Part shown: one piece after another, positions 10,784-19,185 of the stretch
Layout: each line of letters begins with the position of its first letter
How positions within the stretch are numbered: the first letter of the stretch is position 1
Source: Gemmatimonadales bacterium
GTDB taxonomy: Bacteria; Gemmatimonadota; Gemmatimonadetes; Gemmatimonadales; GWC2-71-9
DNA length: 64,000 bases
Direction: 5' to 3'
NCBI GenBank assembly: GCA_041615815.1
Contig: JBFJCP010000001.1
Location: 96,001 to 160,000, forward strand
Notes under the pieces: generated by a model
What the model was told of the DNA's origin: nothing
The model's input: only the letters and a program-made list of their open reading frames with translations
The model's database searches: none
Position numbers and translations under genes: made by a program

Positions 10784-12356
10784 CTGCCGCCGCAACTTGC
10801 GTAGCCGGTTGCGGCTTGATGCCGTCTCCATTCACCTTCTTGAGATAGGCGGTCGGATCGTGCAGCAGCGATCCTTCGGGCAGGTACTCCCAGAGCGCTC
10901 CAAGGTCGCTCTTCATGCGCTCGATGTAGAATGACGGGATCTGCGTCGTCTCTCCTTCGAAAAAGCGGCGCGTCGGGCCGTCGGTTGCGAGGAGCTGTTT
11001 GATCTTCTTGTAGTACTTGATGCGTCCGAATCCCTCGGAAGACACTGCCCGAAGAAGGTTGATCCAGCGCGAAAATCCCCGCCTCGTCCCGCGCGCTCGC
11101 CGCACGATGTTCTTCCAGGAAAACGAGTATTGGGTCAGATCGATGACGTGATCGTAAAACTCCCCCCACTCGTAGTTCCTGGGCTCGACATTCATCGCCT
11201 GATTGTTGTTCAAGAAGTGGAACGGGAACGGGCGGACTCGCCCGGCGCGTTGAAACTCGAGGTTGAGGGGTGCGGCCTCTCCAAACGCGGACAAGAGTGA
11301 ATAGCCCGGGAATGCGCCGGGTGTCTTGTCGATGAATTGCTTGGTGAGCTCGAACGGCTCCGGTCCCTCATCCACGTCGAGACCCAGGACGAAATTGGTT
11401 TGGACGTAAGGGATGTATTCCAATATCATGTTTACGTGGTCGGAGACCTGTTGCACCTTCTCGAGACCACGCTTCTTTCCCGTCTTGGACTTGCCACCCA
11501 AATCGTACCATGACTCGATCCCCGGGAGCATCACCTTGAAGCCCGCGGCGCTCAGGCGCTGCAAGTTCGCTTCCTTGAGGAGGGAGAGACTGCTCTCCGC
11601 GGCGAACGTCAGCGTCCCGGGACGGATGGCATCTTCGATCGCGCTCATGTAGTCGTCGAAGCGAACGCCGAAGTTCGGATCGTGCCAGCCGATCCAGGCG
11701 TTCGGCATACGGTCGACGAGGAAACGCAGGTCCTCACGAATCTGGTCGTAGTCCAACGGCTGATAATCGACCACCGAATCGATGCAGAAGCTGCACGTGT
11801 AGGGACACCCGAGACTGCCGATCATCGGGATGCCTTTGATCGGTGTCGGTGATTTGGCGATGGTGTGTTCGATGAAGCGCCAACGCTCTCGCACACCTGG
11901 CAATGTCTGGGGTTGCCGCGGCGCACTGAGGTGCAGCCCCATGGGGCGATGGGGTGCGCAATCGCGCAAGATCTCGTCGATGATCGCCTTATCGGTGAAC
12001 CCGACGACGTAATCGAAGTACTTCCGGGCATCCTCGGGGTAGCACCGCGCGTGCGGCCCGCCGAGAACCGTGACCGCCCCCCGCTGCCGAAACAGATTGC
12101 TCAGGGCATACGACAGCTGAGCCGCCTGGCTGAAGGCGCCGATGAAGAGCAGATCCATGTCCGCGGGAAACGCTTCGAGGAGATCCTCCGACCCGGTGAA
12201 GCACTCGAAAGTGACGTGATGGCCCGCCTCCTCGCACCAGACGCCCACGGCTTGTGGCATGATGCTGGCCAAATTCGGGTGCATCAGGCGGCCGTACAGC
12301 GCTTTGGTGGGTCCCTTCGTGACGAGGTCGAGGATACCGATCCGTAGTCGTCGCAC
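10764..12356 (-). CDS. B12-binding radical SAM protein
   Basis: N-terminal cobalamin-binding-like region (VLGGPHA) and GCPYTCSFC CxxxCxxC motif; GIES, FVLGLD. Confidence 0.88.
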   Translation of the reverse strand: MRRLRIGILDLVTKGPTKALYGRLMHPNLASIMPQAVGVWCEEAGHHVTFECFTGSEDLLEAFPADMDLLFIGAFSQAAQLSYALSNLFRQRGAVTVLGGPHARCYPEDARKYFDYVVGFTDKAIIDEILRDCAPHRPMGLHLSAPRQPQTLPGVRERWRFIEHTIAKSPTPIKGIPMIGSLGCPYTCSFCIDSVVDYQPLDYDQIREDLRFLVDRMPNAWIGWHDPNFGVRFDDYMSAIEDAIRPGTLTFAAESSLSLLKEANLQRLSAAGFKVMLPGIESWYDLGGKSKTGKKRGLEKVQQVSDHVNMILEYIPYVQTNFVLGLDVDEGPEPFELTKQFIDKTPGAFPGYSLLSAFGEAAPLNLEFQRAGRVRPFPFHFLNNNQAMNVEPRNYEWGEFYDHVIDLTQYSFSWKNIVRRARGTRRGFSRWINLLRAVSSEGFGRIKYYKKIKQLLATDGPTRRFFEGETTQIPSFYIERMKSDLGALWEYLPEGSLLHDPTAYLKKVNGDGIKPQPATQVAAAATADHA

Positions 12357-12457
12357 TGAAACCCCTATGAGGTCAAAGGATGGGCGAAAGGTTCACCACC
12401 GCAGCGGCGAAAGCAACCCCGGCTTGACGATGCTCCCACGGGACCGCACGATCACGC

Positions 12458-13162
12458 ATGGCCGAGCGGCTCGTACGCTACCGATGGAACGTCGCCGTGG
12501 TCGAGGTGGCGGCACCCGGAGCACCGTTCCGTGCCCTGGAACGTATCATCCGCCAAGGCATCGGCCCGGCCACGAGCGATCCGGTCTTTCAGGAGCATGC
12601 GGTGGCTTTCGCCGTCTCGAAGACCGCCGAGCCAACGGCCGAAGACCGGGTCCGGGGCTGGGTTGATCTGACCGCTGTCGCGCCGTCCGACTCGCCGATC
12701 CGCGGGGCGGTGCAGCGCCATCTGGGCGATCTCGGCGCCATCGAGGAGCCGCCATCGGATGCTGACCCGCTCCTGCTGCCCCAGGCCGCGGAGTATCGCC
12801 GCGGCCTCACTGACATGGTGGCCATCGCCTTGGACCTGCATGGCGCGGATCCGACCACGCTGCGGGCGCATCAAGGTGAGCTGCTCCAAGTGGCGTGCAG
12901 CGCTACCGATCCCCGGTTCCAGCTCCACCCGTATCTCTCGGAGCACAGCAAGGTCTACCGTGCCCGCACTGGCGTGCCGCCGGACGGGAGTAGCTGGTCC
13001 TGGGAGCACGAGGAGTGTTGGGCCCGATTCTACACTCCCGGACCGATGGCGACGCTCGCGGCCCCCATCTACGCCCTGCTGAACGTGGTGCTCGGCATCG
13101 TCCCGCGGCGCTGGGACCGCCCGGACGCGCTGGCGGCACGCATCGATATCCCCCTGCCGTGA
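12458..13162 (+). CDS. hypothetical protein
   Basis: 234-aa ORF with protein-like composition filling the gap between two radical SAM genes; no family recognised. Confidence 0.6.
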   Translation: MAERLVRYRWNVAVVEVAAPGAPFRALERIIRQGIGPATSDPVFQEHAVAFAVSKTAEPTAEDRVRGWVDLTAVAPSDSPIRGAVQRHLGDLGAIEEPPSDADPLLLPQAAEYRRGLTDMVAIALDLHGADPTTLRAHQGELLQVACSATDPRFQLHPYLSEHSKVYRARTGVPPDGSSWSWEHEECWARFYTPGPMATLAAPIYALLNVVLGIVPRRWDRPDALAARIDIPLP

Positions 13163-13226
13163 GGCCCGAGCGCCGACCGGACGGGCCGTGGACCCCGAAG
13201 GTCAGAGGCTCAAAGGGCGAGCGCGC

Positions 13227-14702
13227 TCAGGCCACCTTGGATACGAGGCGACGTTGGTCGGACCGCCCGTTCCCACCCTCCCGCCGGGGCGCTCGCACGC
13301 GGACCGGTGGCTTGAGGTACGCCTTCGGCTGCCGCATTTCAGAGACGGCGCTGTACACCCGTCGCATACACCAGAGCTTGCCACCCACCGCCATGCGCGC
13401 GGCCTTGAAGAGCATGGGGACCGTCAGCCGCGTCGTCTTGACCGTGAGATCGTACAGCTGCGCCAAGCGCTCGTAGAACTGCTCGAGCGGCAGCCGCGTT
13501 GGCAGGACGGCATGAATCACGTCGTAGTACCCATAGTCATGCGTCGTGAGCTCGTGCTGCCGCTCCTTGTAGAGCTCGGTTCCCGGGAGCGGGGTGAGAA
13601 CGGTAAACGCGGGATTGGGCAGCTCGTAGCGTCGGATGTATTCCTCGAGCCGATCGAACCCCTGCTCGTCCCAATCCGGATCTGTGATAAACGAGGTCAG
13701 GGGCGTGATCCCAGCGTCCTTGAGGATCTGGATCGCTTCGACATTGGCGTCCGCACCACCCTTGGTCCGTTTCCGCACGGACTTGAGGCCATCGTCGTCG
13801 ATTTTCTCGACGCCGAGAAAGACCGTATGGAGCCCCGCTCGCTTCCAGAGAGGGAACAGATCACGATACTTGATGACCAGGTCGCAGCGAGTCTCACACG
13901 TGTATTTCTTCTCCATCCCCGACGCGATGATGCGCTCGGCCATCTCTTTGTAGGACTCGTAGTGCAGGAATGCGATGTCGTCGGTGAAGAACACCTCGTA
14001 TTCGTCGATGGCTTCGAGCTCGGCCACGATCGCTTCCGGTGAACGGCGGCGCGCGCGACGCTGGTAAAAGACCCAGACGCTGCAGAAGTTGCAGTCGAAC
14101 GGGCACCCCCGGGACGTTTCGACGCTGGCCGACGGTGAGGCCTGACCGTGATGGTACCACTTGCGATATTGCGCGGTCAGGGACCGATCGGGAGCGGGGA
14201 CGGTGTCGAACCCCTGCAGGGCGCTCTGATGCCGAAAGCCGTCCTCGCGGTTCTTCCAGGTCATGACACCGGGCACCGCGTCGATGGGGGTCCGATGCCG
14301 CATGGCTTCGATCAGATCGGCGGCAGGACGCTCGCCCTCCCCAATCACTACGCCATCCACGGGGGAGTTCGGGTGAAAGAAGTCGCTTGGCACCAGGGAG
14401 GCGTGGTGCCCGCCAACGATGATGGGAAGGTCGGGCCGGCGTTCCTTGACAAAATGCGCGACCTCGAGACTCGGGTAGACGTCGGTGGTGAACGAGCAGC
14501 TTATGCCCACGACGTCGGGCGGATCGTCGAGGGTGGAATCGAGATTTTCCCAAGTGTCGATACGGAGATCGATCAGTTCAGCCTCGACTCCCCGTTGCCG
14601 AACGGCCGCCCCCACACATTCCAAGCCAAGTGGCTCCACGCGGAGTATGCGGGTGAGTCCGAAGCGTGTTCCCTGGGGCGGCTGGACGAGAAGCATTTTC
14701 AT
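13227..14702 (-). CDS. B12-binding radical SAM protein, HpnR-like (lipid C-methyltransferase family)
   Basis: LRVEPLGLE, VGGHHAS, GEGE, SRGCPFDCNFC, FTDD, ETRCD, DPDWD, TPLPGT, HAVLPTRLPLEQFY resemble hopanoid C-3 methylase HpnR; ATG 14702 chosen. Confidence 0.85.
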   Translation of the reverse strand: MKMLLVQPPQGTRFGLTRILRVEPLGLECVGAAVRQRGVEAELIDLRIDTWENLDSTLDDPPDVVGISCSFTTDVYPSLEVAHFVKERRPDLPIIVGGHHASLVPSDFFHPNSPVDGVVIGEGERPAADLIEAMRHRTPIDAVPGVMTWKNREDGFRHQSALQGFDTVPAPDRSLTAQYRKWYHHGQASPSASVETSRGCPFDCNFCSVWVFYQRRARRRSPEAIVAELEAIDEYEVFFTDDIAFLHYESYKEMAERIIASGMEKKYTCETRCDLVIKYRDLFPLWKRAGLHTVFLGVEKIDDDGLKSVRKRTKGGADANVEAIQILKDAGITPLTSFITDPDWDEQGFDRLEEYIRRYELPNPAFTVLTPLPGTELYKERQHELTTHDYGYYDVIHAVLPTRLPLEQFYERLAQLYDLTVKTTRLTVPMLFKAARMAVGGKLWCMRRVYSAVSEMRQPKAYLKPPVRVRAPRREGGNGRSDQRRLVSKVA

Positions 14703-14932
14703 GGCGGGGCACTCCAGGGCAAAGAGTGTCACAGGCCGGGTGCCGGCGATGGGTCCAAAGGGGTGATGACACCATCGCCAGTCGCTCAGGCGCTGCGTCA
14801 ATGACAGAGGCCGGTCGGACGTGAGAATGTCACGCACCGACCGGCCCGGTCTCTAGGTTACGTTCTCACCGATCGAGAGAACGTAGGACTATTGCTCCAC
14901 TTCCCGAGTTCGGCGGACGGCGGCGTGCCAGC

Positions 14933-16792
14933 TCAATGACATCCACACGCGCCGTCGCCGTTGCCGGCCCCAACGCCGGCAGCCACGACTGGAAGCGACC
15001 GGCTCGTCTTGCCGGGAAGGTCCATGGGGCGGTTCCCCGCGTAGATCTTGTGTCGGCTGCGGGTCTTGAACCAGTCCTTCGTAGTGGCCACCATGTGCAT
15101 GTTCTCCACCACCTGGCGCCAGCCCACGCCAGTGTTGTAGGCGCAGAAGGAGATCTCACCCTCCTGGGTGGCGTAGGGGATCACACACATCTCGGTGCGG
15201 CGAAAATCGTACGTCCACAGATCCTGGAACCACATGCCGCCGATCCACATGAGCTTCCACTCGGGTGGCGGCGGCTTCTTCCCACCGGTAAAGGCGCCAC
15301 CCATCTTGCGATTGAAGAGTCTCGCGAACTCTTTGAGGTCGAATCCTGGAGGTGCCTTGGACTGATCGAAGTTCCGTAGTACCGCCATGCCCACCTGCGC
15401 AACCGTGAGCTTCTTGCCCCGCGCCGTATCGCAGATGACCGACACATCCTTCATGAACTGCCAGACGTTGAAGAACTGCGTGAGGGGGGCCCACTCCTTG
15501 GTCCGCTCGTTCACGGTGAGCAACACCGAAGAACCGCAGTTGGGGTGACACGAGCAATTGAGACCCCCGAAGTCGACGTCCGAGCCCCGGATGTGGTCCG
15601 CCAGTGCCGTGAAGGCACCCATGGCCCCGAGCGGATACCAGTCGCGGTACGGATCGATCTTCCCGTCGTAGTAACGGTGCAGCTCGTGCGCCAGATGCGA
15701 AATGGTGTAGCGCTGCGCGTGACGGTCTTCGTCGCTGATATCCTCGTCGCGGCCCGTGAACGACACGGGCTGGAAGGACACGCCACCCATCTTGTCCGAG
15801 TTCTCGATGACGAAATCGAGAATCGGTCCCACCTGGGTGTCGTTGATCGTATTGACGACGGTGGTGACCGGCGTGATATCGATGCCAGCGGCGGCCATGT
15901 GCTCGACGGCCATCCGCTTGGCATCGAACAGGTTCGTGATTTGCCGGTGTTGGTTGGACTCGTTGGTGACGCCATCGAACTGGAAGTACGCCATATCGAG
16001 GCCGGCTTCCTTGGCCTGGAAAGCGTATTCCGGCTCCAGCGCGAATCGCAGCCCGTTAGTGGCCGCCTGGACGGTGTAGTAACCCACTTTTTTTGCGTAG
16101 GCACAGGCTTCCAGGAAGTGCGGTGACATGGTGGGTTCGCCGCCGGAAAACTGCACGGACATCTGTCGGCGCGGCTTGAACGAAATAGACGTATCCAGGA
16201 TTTCCTTGATGTCCTCCATCGAGAGCTCGTGGACGTAGCCCACCTGATTGGCGTCCATGAAGCACGGGTTGCACATCATGTTGCATCGGTTGGTGAGGTC
16301 GATCGTGAGCACGGCACCCCGACCGTACCGAATCGATGATGTCCCGTGTCGGTGGATCAGCGCATCCTCCGCGGTCCGAAAGTCGCGGCCGGGATAGCGC
16401 TCCTCGATGAGCTCGCTGAACTTGGCGTCGATGCTGAGTACGTCGACAAACTCCCCGTGCACGGGGCAGGTCTTCCGCATCAGAATCTGACCGTCTTCCT
16501 CGACGATGGTCGCCCGGATCTCGCCCGGGTGCCCATGGACCAACTCGGCGAGATCCCGATCGCCCCTGATAATGGCTTCTCGCGTCTCCTTGACGCATCG
16601 GGGGCAGAGCGAATCGGTCTCCCGCGGCCATCCGAGCGGCGGACGGCTGCGCTCGTAACTCTTGAGCAACGGCCCGGGAGCCCACTGTGGATGGATCGAC
16701 TCGTTCTCGGGAACTCGGGTGTTGACGGACTGGAACGCCCGCCACCCGAGATCGGCTGCGTGGCGGATCGCGGCCGCCAGTACTTCGCTCAT
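14933..16792 (-). CDS. radical SAM protein homologous to tetraether lipid synthase Tes/GDGT-MAS (MJ0619 family)
   Basis: SLCPRC...KTCPVHG rubredoxin-like site, IDLTNRCNMMCNPCF, QFSGGEPT, ATNG, QFDG, FQPVSFTGR, CHPNCG, MWFQD...CVIPYAT..FCAYN; GGAGG RBS before ATG 16792. Confidence 0.88.
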   Translation of the reverse strand: MSEVLAAAIRHAADLGWRAFQSVNTRVPENESIHPQWAPGPLLKSYERSRPPLGWPRETDSLCPRCVKETREAIIRGDRDLAELVHGHPGEIRATIVEEDGQILMRKTCPVHGEFVDVLSIDAKFSELIEERYPGRDFRTAEDALIHRHGTSSIRYGRGAVLTIDLTNRCNMMCNPCFMDANQVGYVHELSMEDIKEILDTSISFKPRRQMSVQFSGGEPTMSPHFLEACAYAKKVGYYTVQAATNGLRFALEPEYAFQAKEAGLDMAYFQFDGVTNESNQHRQITNLFDAKRMAVEHMAAAGIDITPVTTVVNTINDTQVGPILDFVIENSDKMGGVSFQPVSFTGRDEDISDEDRHAQRYTISHLAHELHRYYDGKIDPYRDWYPLGAMGAFTALADHIRGSDVDFGGLNCSCHPNCGSSVLLTVNERTKEWAPLTQFFNVWQFMKDVSVICDTARGKKLTVAQVGMAVLRNFDQSKAPPGFDLKEFARLFNRKMGGAFTGGKKPPPPEWKLMWIGGMWFQDLWTYDFRRTEMCVIPYATQEGEISFCAYNTGVGWRQVVENMHMVATTKDWFKTRSRHKIYAGNRPMDLPGKTSRSLPVVAAGVGAGNGDGACGCH

Positions 16793-16989
16793 GGCACCTC
16801 CAGATGGGAGCAAAGTGTCTTACGACGCCTGACCCCACCCCTCCGGCGCTTGCTGCGGCTGTACCAGGGCGCCGACCGGAGAAAATCGGCACGCAGGGCG
16901 GGTGGTTTTCATAAGGGGCGCACGGTGAGAATGGTTCCCACGGTACGCCCTGCAAACTTGCCCGAGTATGACGCTTAGCACCCCTCGCG

Positions 16990-18060
16990 TCAAGGCCCGG
17001 GTTGGCTCTGCGGAACGGCCGCGGGAAGGGGTATTCCCGCCTCGAAAAGACGCCGTTCGACCTCGGGCGCTAACCGCGCGCTCGGCTCGACCCACCGTAG
17101 CCCTTCGCCGAGCAGCGCACGCATCCGTTGCTGTGTTGTGCGGCCCGTTACGTCGTCGAATTTCGACGCGAGCCCTTGGAGCCATGGCGCCGACGCCACG
17201 AGCTTCGTGGCGCCCACTTCCGATGGTTGGGTGTGCGGCCGGCCCGAGGGGAGCGTGAGCACGCTTTGGCCGTCGCCGACATAGGTATACCAGGCCATCC
17301 GCACCGTGGGTGTCACACCCACCGCTTCGAACAACACGACGTCCTCCGCCTGCGGAGCACACTGCAACACCCGGTCTCGAACGAAATCGATTGCGTCGCC
17401 ATGGCTGAATTCCACGCGGTCCAACGTCCCGTCCGCACGAGCGGCGTAATGGATCCCTGCCACGTCGTCGGGCTCGGCCTTCCGGGCCTCACCGCGCCAA
17501 TTCTGCGCCCGCTCCGGGGTATCGAGGACCTGCGATCGATCCCACAGAAACCCGTGGCCCACGATACCGTTGGTTCCCTCGTCGCTTCGGTCGGGTAGGA
17601 TGATGGTGTCCGGAATGCCCGCCGCCTGCCGAAGGGCGAGTAGTCGCGTCGCACTGACCGCATCGGTGGCCACGGCAACCCGGGCACCGCTGTCGCGCAC
17701 GGCCTCGCCCAACTGGTCGTCGGAGAGATCGTGCGACAGCCCCACCGGAACGCCCCGGAGTCCCTGTACGGCAAAATCGACGTAGAGCCACATCGGCCGT
17801 AACGGTCCGAATACAGCCACGCGGTCCTCCGCACCGACCTGGAGATTCCCACTGAGAAAGAGGGCAACCCGAATCACCTGGCGATCGAATCGCCAATCGG
17901 GATCGCTGACCCATTGCTCGTCCGCCCAATGCCGAACGACGGCGGGACGTGCGTGCTCGCGCATGGCGAGATAGAACAGGGCATTGACCGTTTCCGGAAT
18001 GGTGTGGAGCGGTCGAACCTCACGGTCCCGCGCCTCACCGGTCGTGATATACAGCAGCAT
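16990..18060 (-). CDS. AMP-binding (long-chain acyl-CoA ligase-like) N-terminal domain protein, degenerate and truncated
   Basis: GAEDRVAVF, DFAVQGLRGVPVGL, DSGARVAV, PDDVAGIHY...FSH resemble FadD N-terminal domain; P-loop TSGTTGxPKG replaced by AARADGTLDR; only 356 aa. Confidence 0.7.
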   Translation of the reverse strand: MLLYITTGEARDREVRPLHTIPETVNALFYLAMREHARPAVVRHWADEQWVSDPDWRFDRQVIRVALFLSGNLQVGAEDRVAVFGPLRPMWLYVDFAVQGLRGVPVGLSHDLSDDQLGEAVRDSGARVAVATDAVSATRLLALRQAAGIPDTIILPDRSDEGTNGIVGHGFLWDRSQVLDTPERAQNWRGEARKAEPDDVAGIHYAARADGTLDRVEFSHGDAIDFVRDRVLQCAPQAEDVVLFEAVGVTPTVRMAWYTYVGDGQSVLTLPSGRPHTQPSEVGATKLVASAPWLQGLASKFDDVTGRTTQQRMRALLGEGLRWVEPSARLAPEVERRLFEAGIPLPAAVPQSQPGP

Positions 18061-18066
18061 CTGGAC

Positions 18067-18603
18067 TCAACCTCTCGGAATGGAATGCGGCTTCAAGGCC
18101 TGCCACAATGATTCGATCGTCGGATCTGTGATCTGCCACCGCTCCATGGCATGAATGAGCGTCCGAACATACTCGACGCCGGTCCCCACGGTGCCGTGGG
18201 CCGCGCGGAAGGCGTCCCCCAGGGCGCCGTTCTCGACACTCCAGGGCGGAGCCGCCTGGACCGCTGGCTTCGTGACCCAGACGAGCGCCGTGGCACGAGT
18301 TCCGTCACGCAGGTCGATCCGCACCTTCTTACGCGCAAACTCTGCCTGACCTTCCCGTCGCTCGATCTTGCGCACCACGTCTTTCTCATCGCTCTTCGGG
18401 ATCTCGAACGCGACGCCCTCACACTCTCCTCCGCTCGATAACCCCAGAATGGGCGAGGGGTGGGTCGGGGTTCCCCACCGTTTCGTGGACGAGTGGTTGA
18501 ACGACCGGTGATAGCCGGTGAGGCGGGCTGGTGTCCCTCGGTAGAACCTCATGGCGTTGTCGCCCATGAGACTGCCGTAAGCGAAGATCCACGTCACGCC
18601 CAA
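18067..18603 (-). CDS. gamma-glutamylcyclotransferase, ChaC family
   Basis: WIFAYGSLM, GYHRSF, WGTPTHP..LGL, GGECEGVAF, RRE, G.GVEY. Confidence 0.85.
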   Translation of the reverse strand: MGVTWIFAYGSLMGDNAMRFYRGTPARLTGYHRSFNHSSTKRWGTPTHPSPILGLSSGGECEGVAFEIPKSDEKDVVRKIERREGQAEFARKKVRIDLRDGTRATALVWVTKPAVQAAPPWSVENGALGDAFRAAHGTVGTGVEYVRTLIHAMERWQITDPTIESLWQALKPHSIPRG

Positions 18604-18741
18604 ATCCTTCCCGCTCCAGACAGTTGCGAAGCTCGAAACCCGTTGGGGTGCTTGCGGATTGCGTCGAGCGGCTTAGTCTACTACCCGAAGGCCGATTTTC
18701 AAGGGTCCCCTGCGCCTGCACTTACCCACACCACGCAGACC

Positions 18742-19038
18742 ATGATGCATCGTGCCAATGTCCTGGACGTCGTCCGAGCCGTGACGCAGGTGGCGACCAA
18801 CCACCCTCAGGTGTCGGTGTGGTGGTATGTGCCGCGGCTCCTGGACAACCCCAACATCGAGCTCCTGGTGAAGGTTGAGGATGAGCACCCCACCGACCTC
18901 GATGCGATCGCGCGCGAGGTCGACGCCTTGCTCGATGGCGCCAACGTCACCGTGAAGCGTCATGCGGACGGGGACGGGGAACGCCGGCTGTTCCGCGTGC
19001 TCAGTCACAACCAAGCCGCCGTCGACAGCGCCTCCTAG
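18742..19038 (+). CDS. hypothetical protein (98 aa)
   Basis: ATG 18742 in frame with ORF 18460..19038; globular alpha/beta-like composition. Confidence 0.6.
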   Translation: MMHRANVLDVVRAVTQVATNHPQVSVWWYVPRLLDNPNIELLVKVEDEHPTDLDAIAREVDALLDGANVTVKRHADGDGERRLFRVLSHNQAAVDSAS

Positions 19039-19172
19039 CCGCTCCTCTCTCGAGACCGACCCAGCCACCGCCGGCTGCGAGACCGCCCGCGGGTCATGTC
19101 CTCTTTTGAGCACAAGATTTCCGGCAGAATGCGACCTGGCGTAGACAACCTCGGGCCTGGCGTGCAACGACG

Positions 19173-19185
19173 TAATTCCTTGATA
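19173..19185 (-). promoter_or_regulatory. IHF-type binding site
   Basis: Minus strand TATCAAGGAATTA matches WATCAANNNNTTR in an AT-rich intergenic patch. Confidence 0.5.

Noticed and set aside
13227..14702. Naming the gene hpnR
   Set aside because: Motifs are HpnR-like but no hopanoid genes are nearby and the context suggests another lipid substrate; orthology untested
14703..14932. Cobalamin riboswitch ahead of the B12 enzyme
   Set aside because: Hairpins are present but I could not find the conserved GGGAA...GCCACTG elements on the coding strand
14933..16792. MoaA/PqqE-type or RiPP-modifying radical SAM
   Set aside because: No SPASM/twitch Cys pattern or adjacent precursor; N- and C-terminal motifs match the Tes/MJ0619 family
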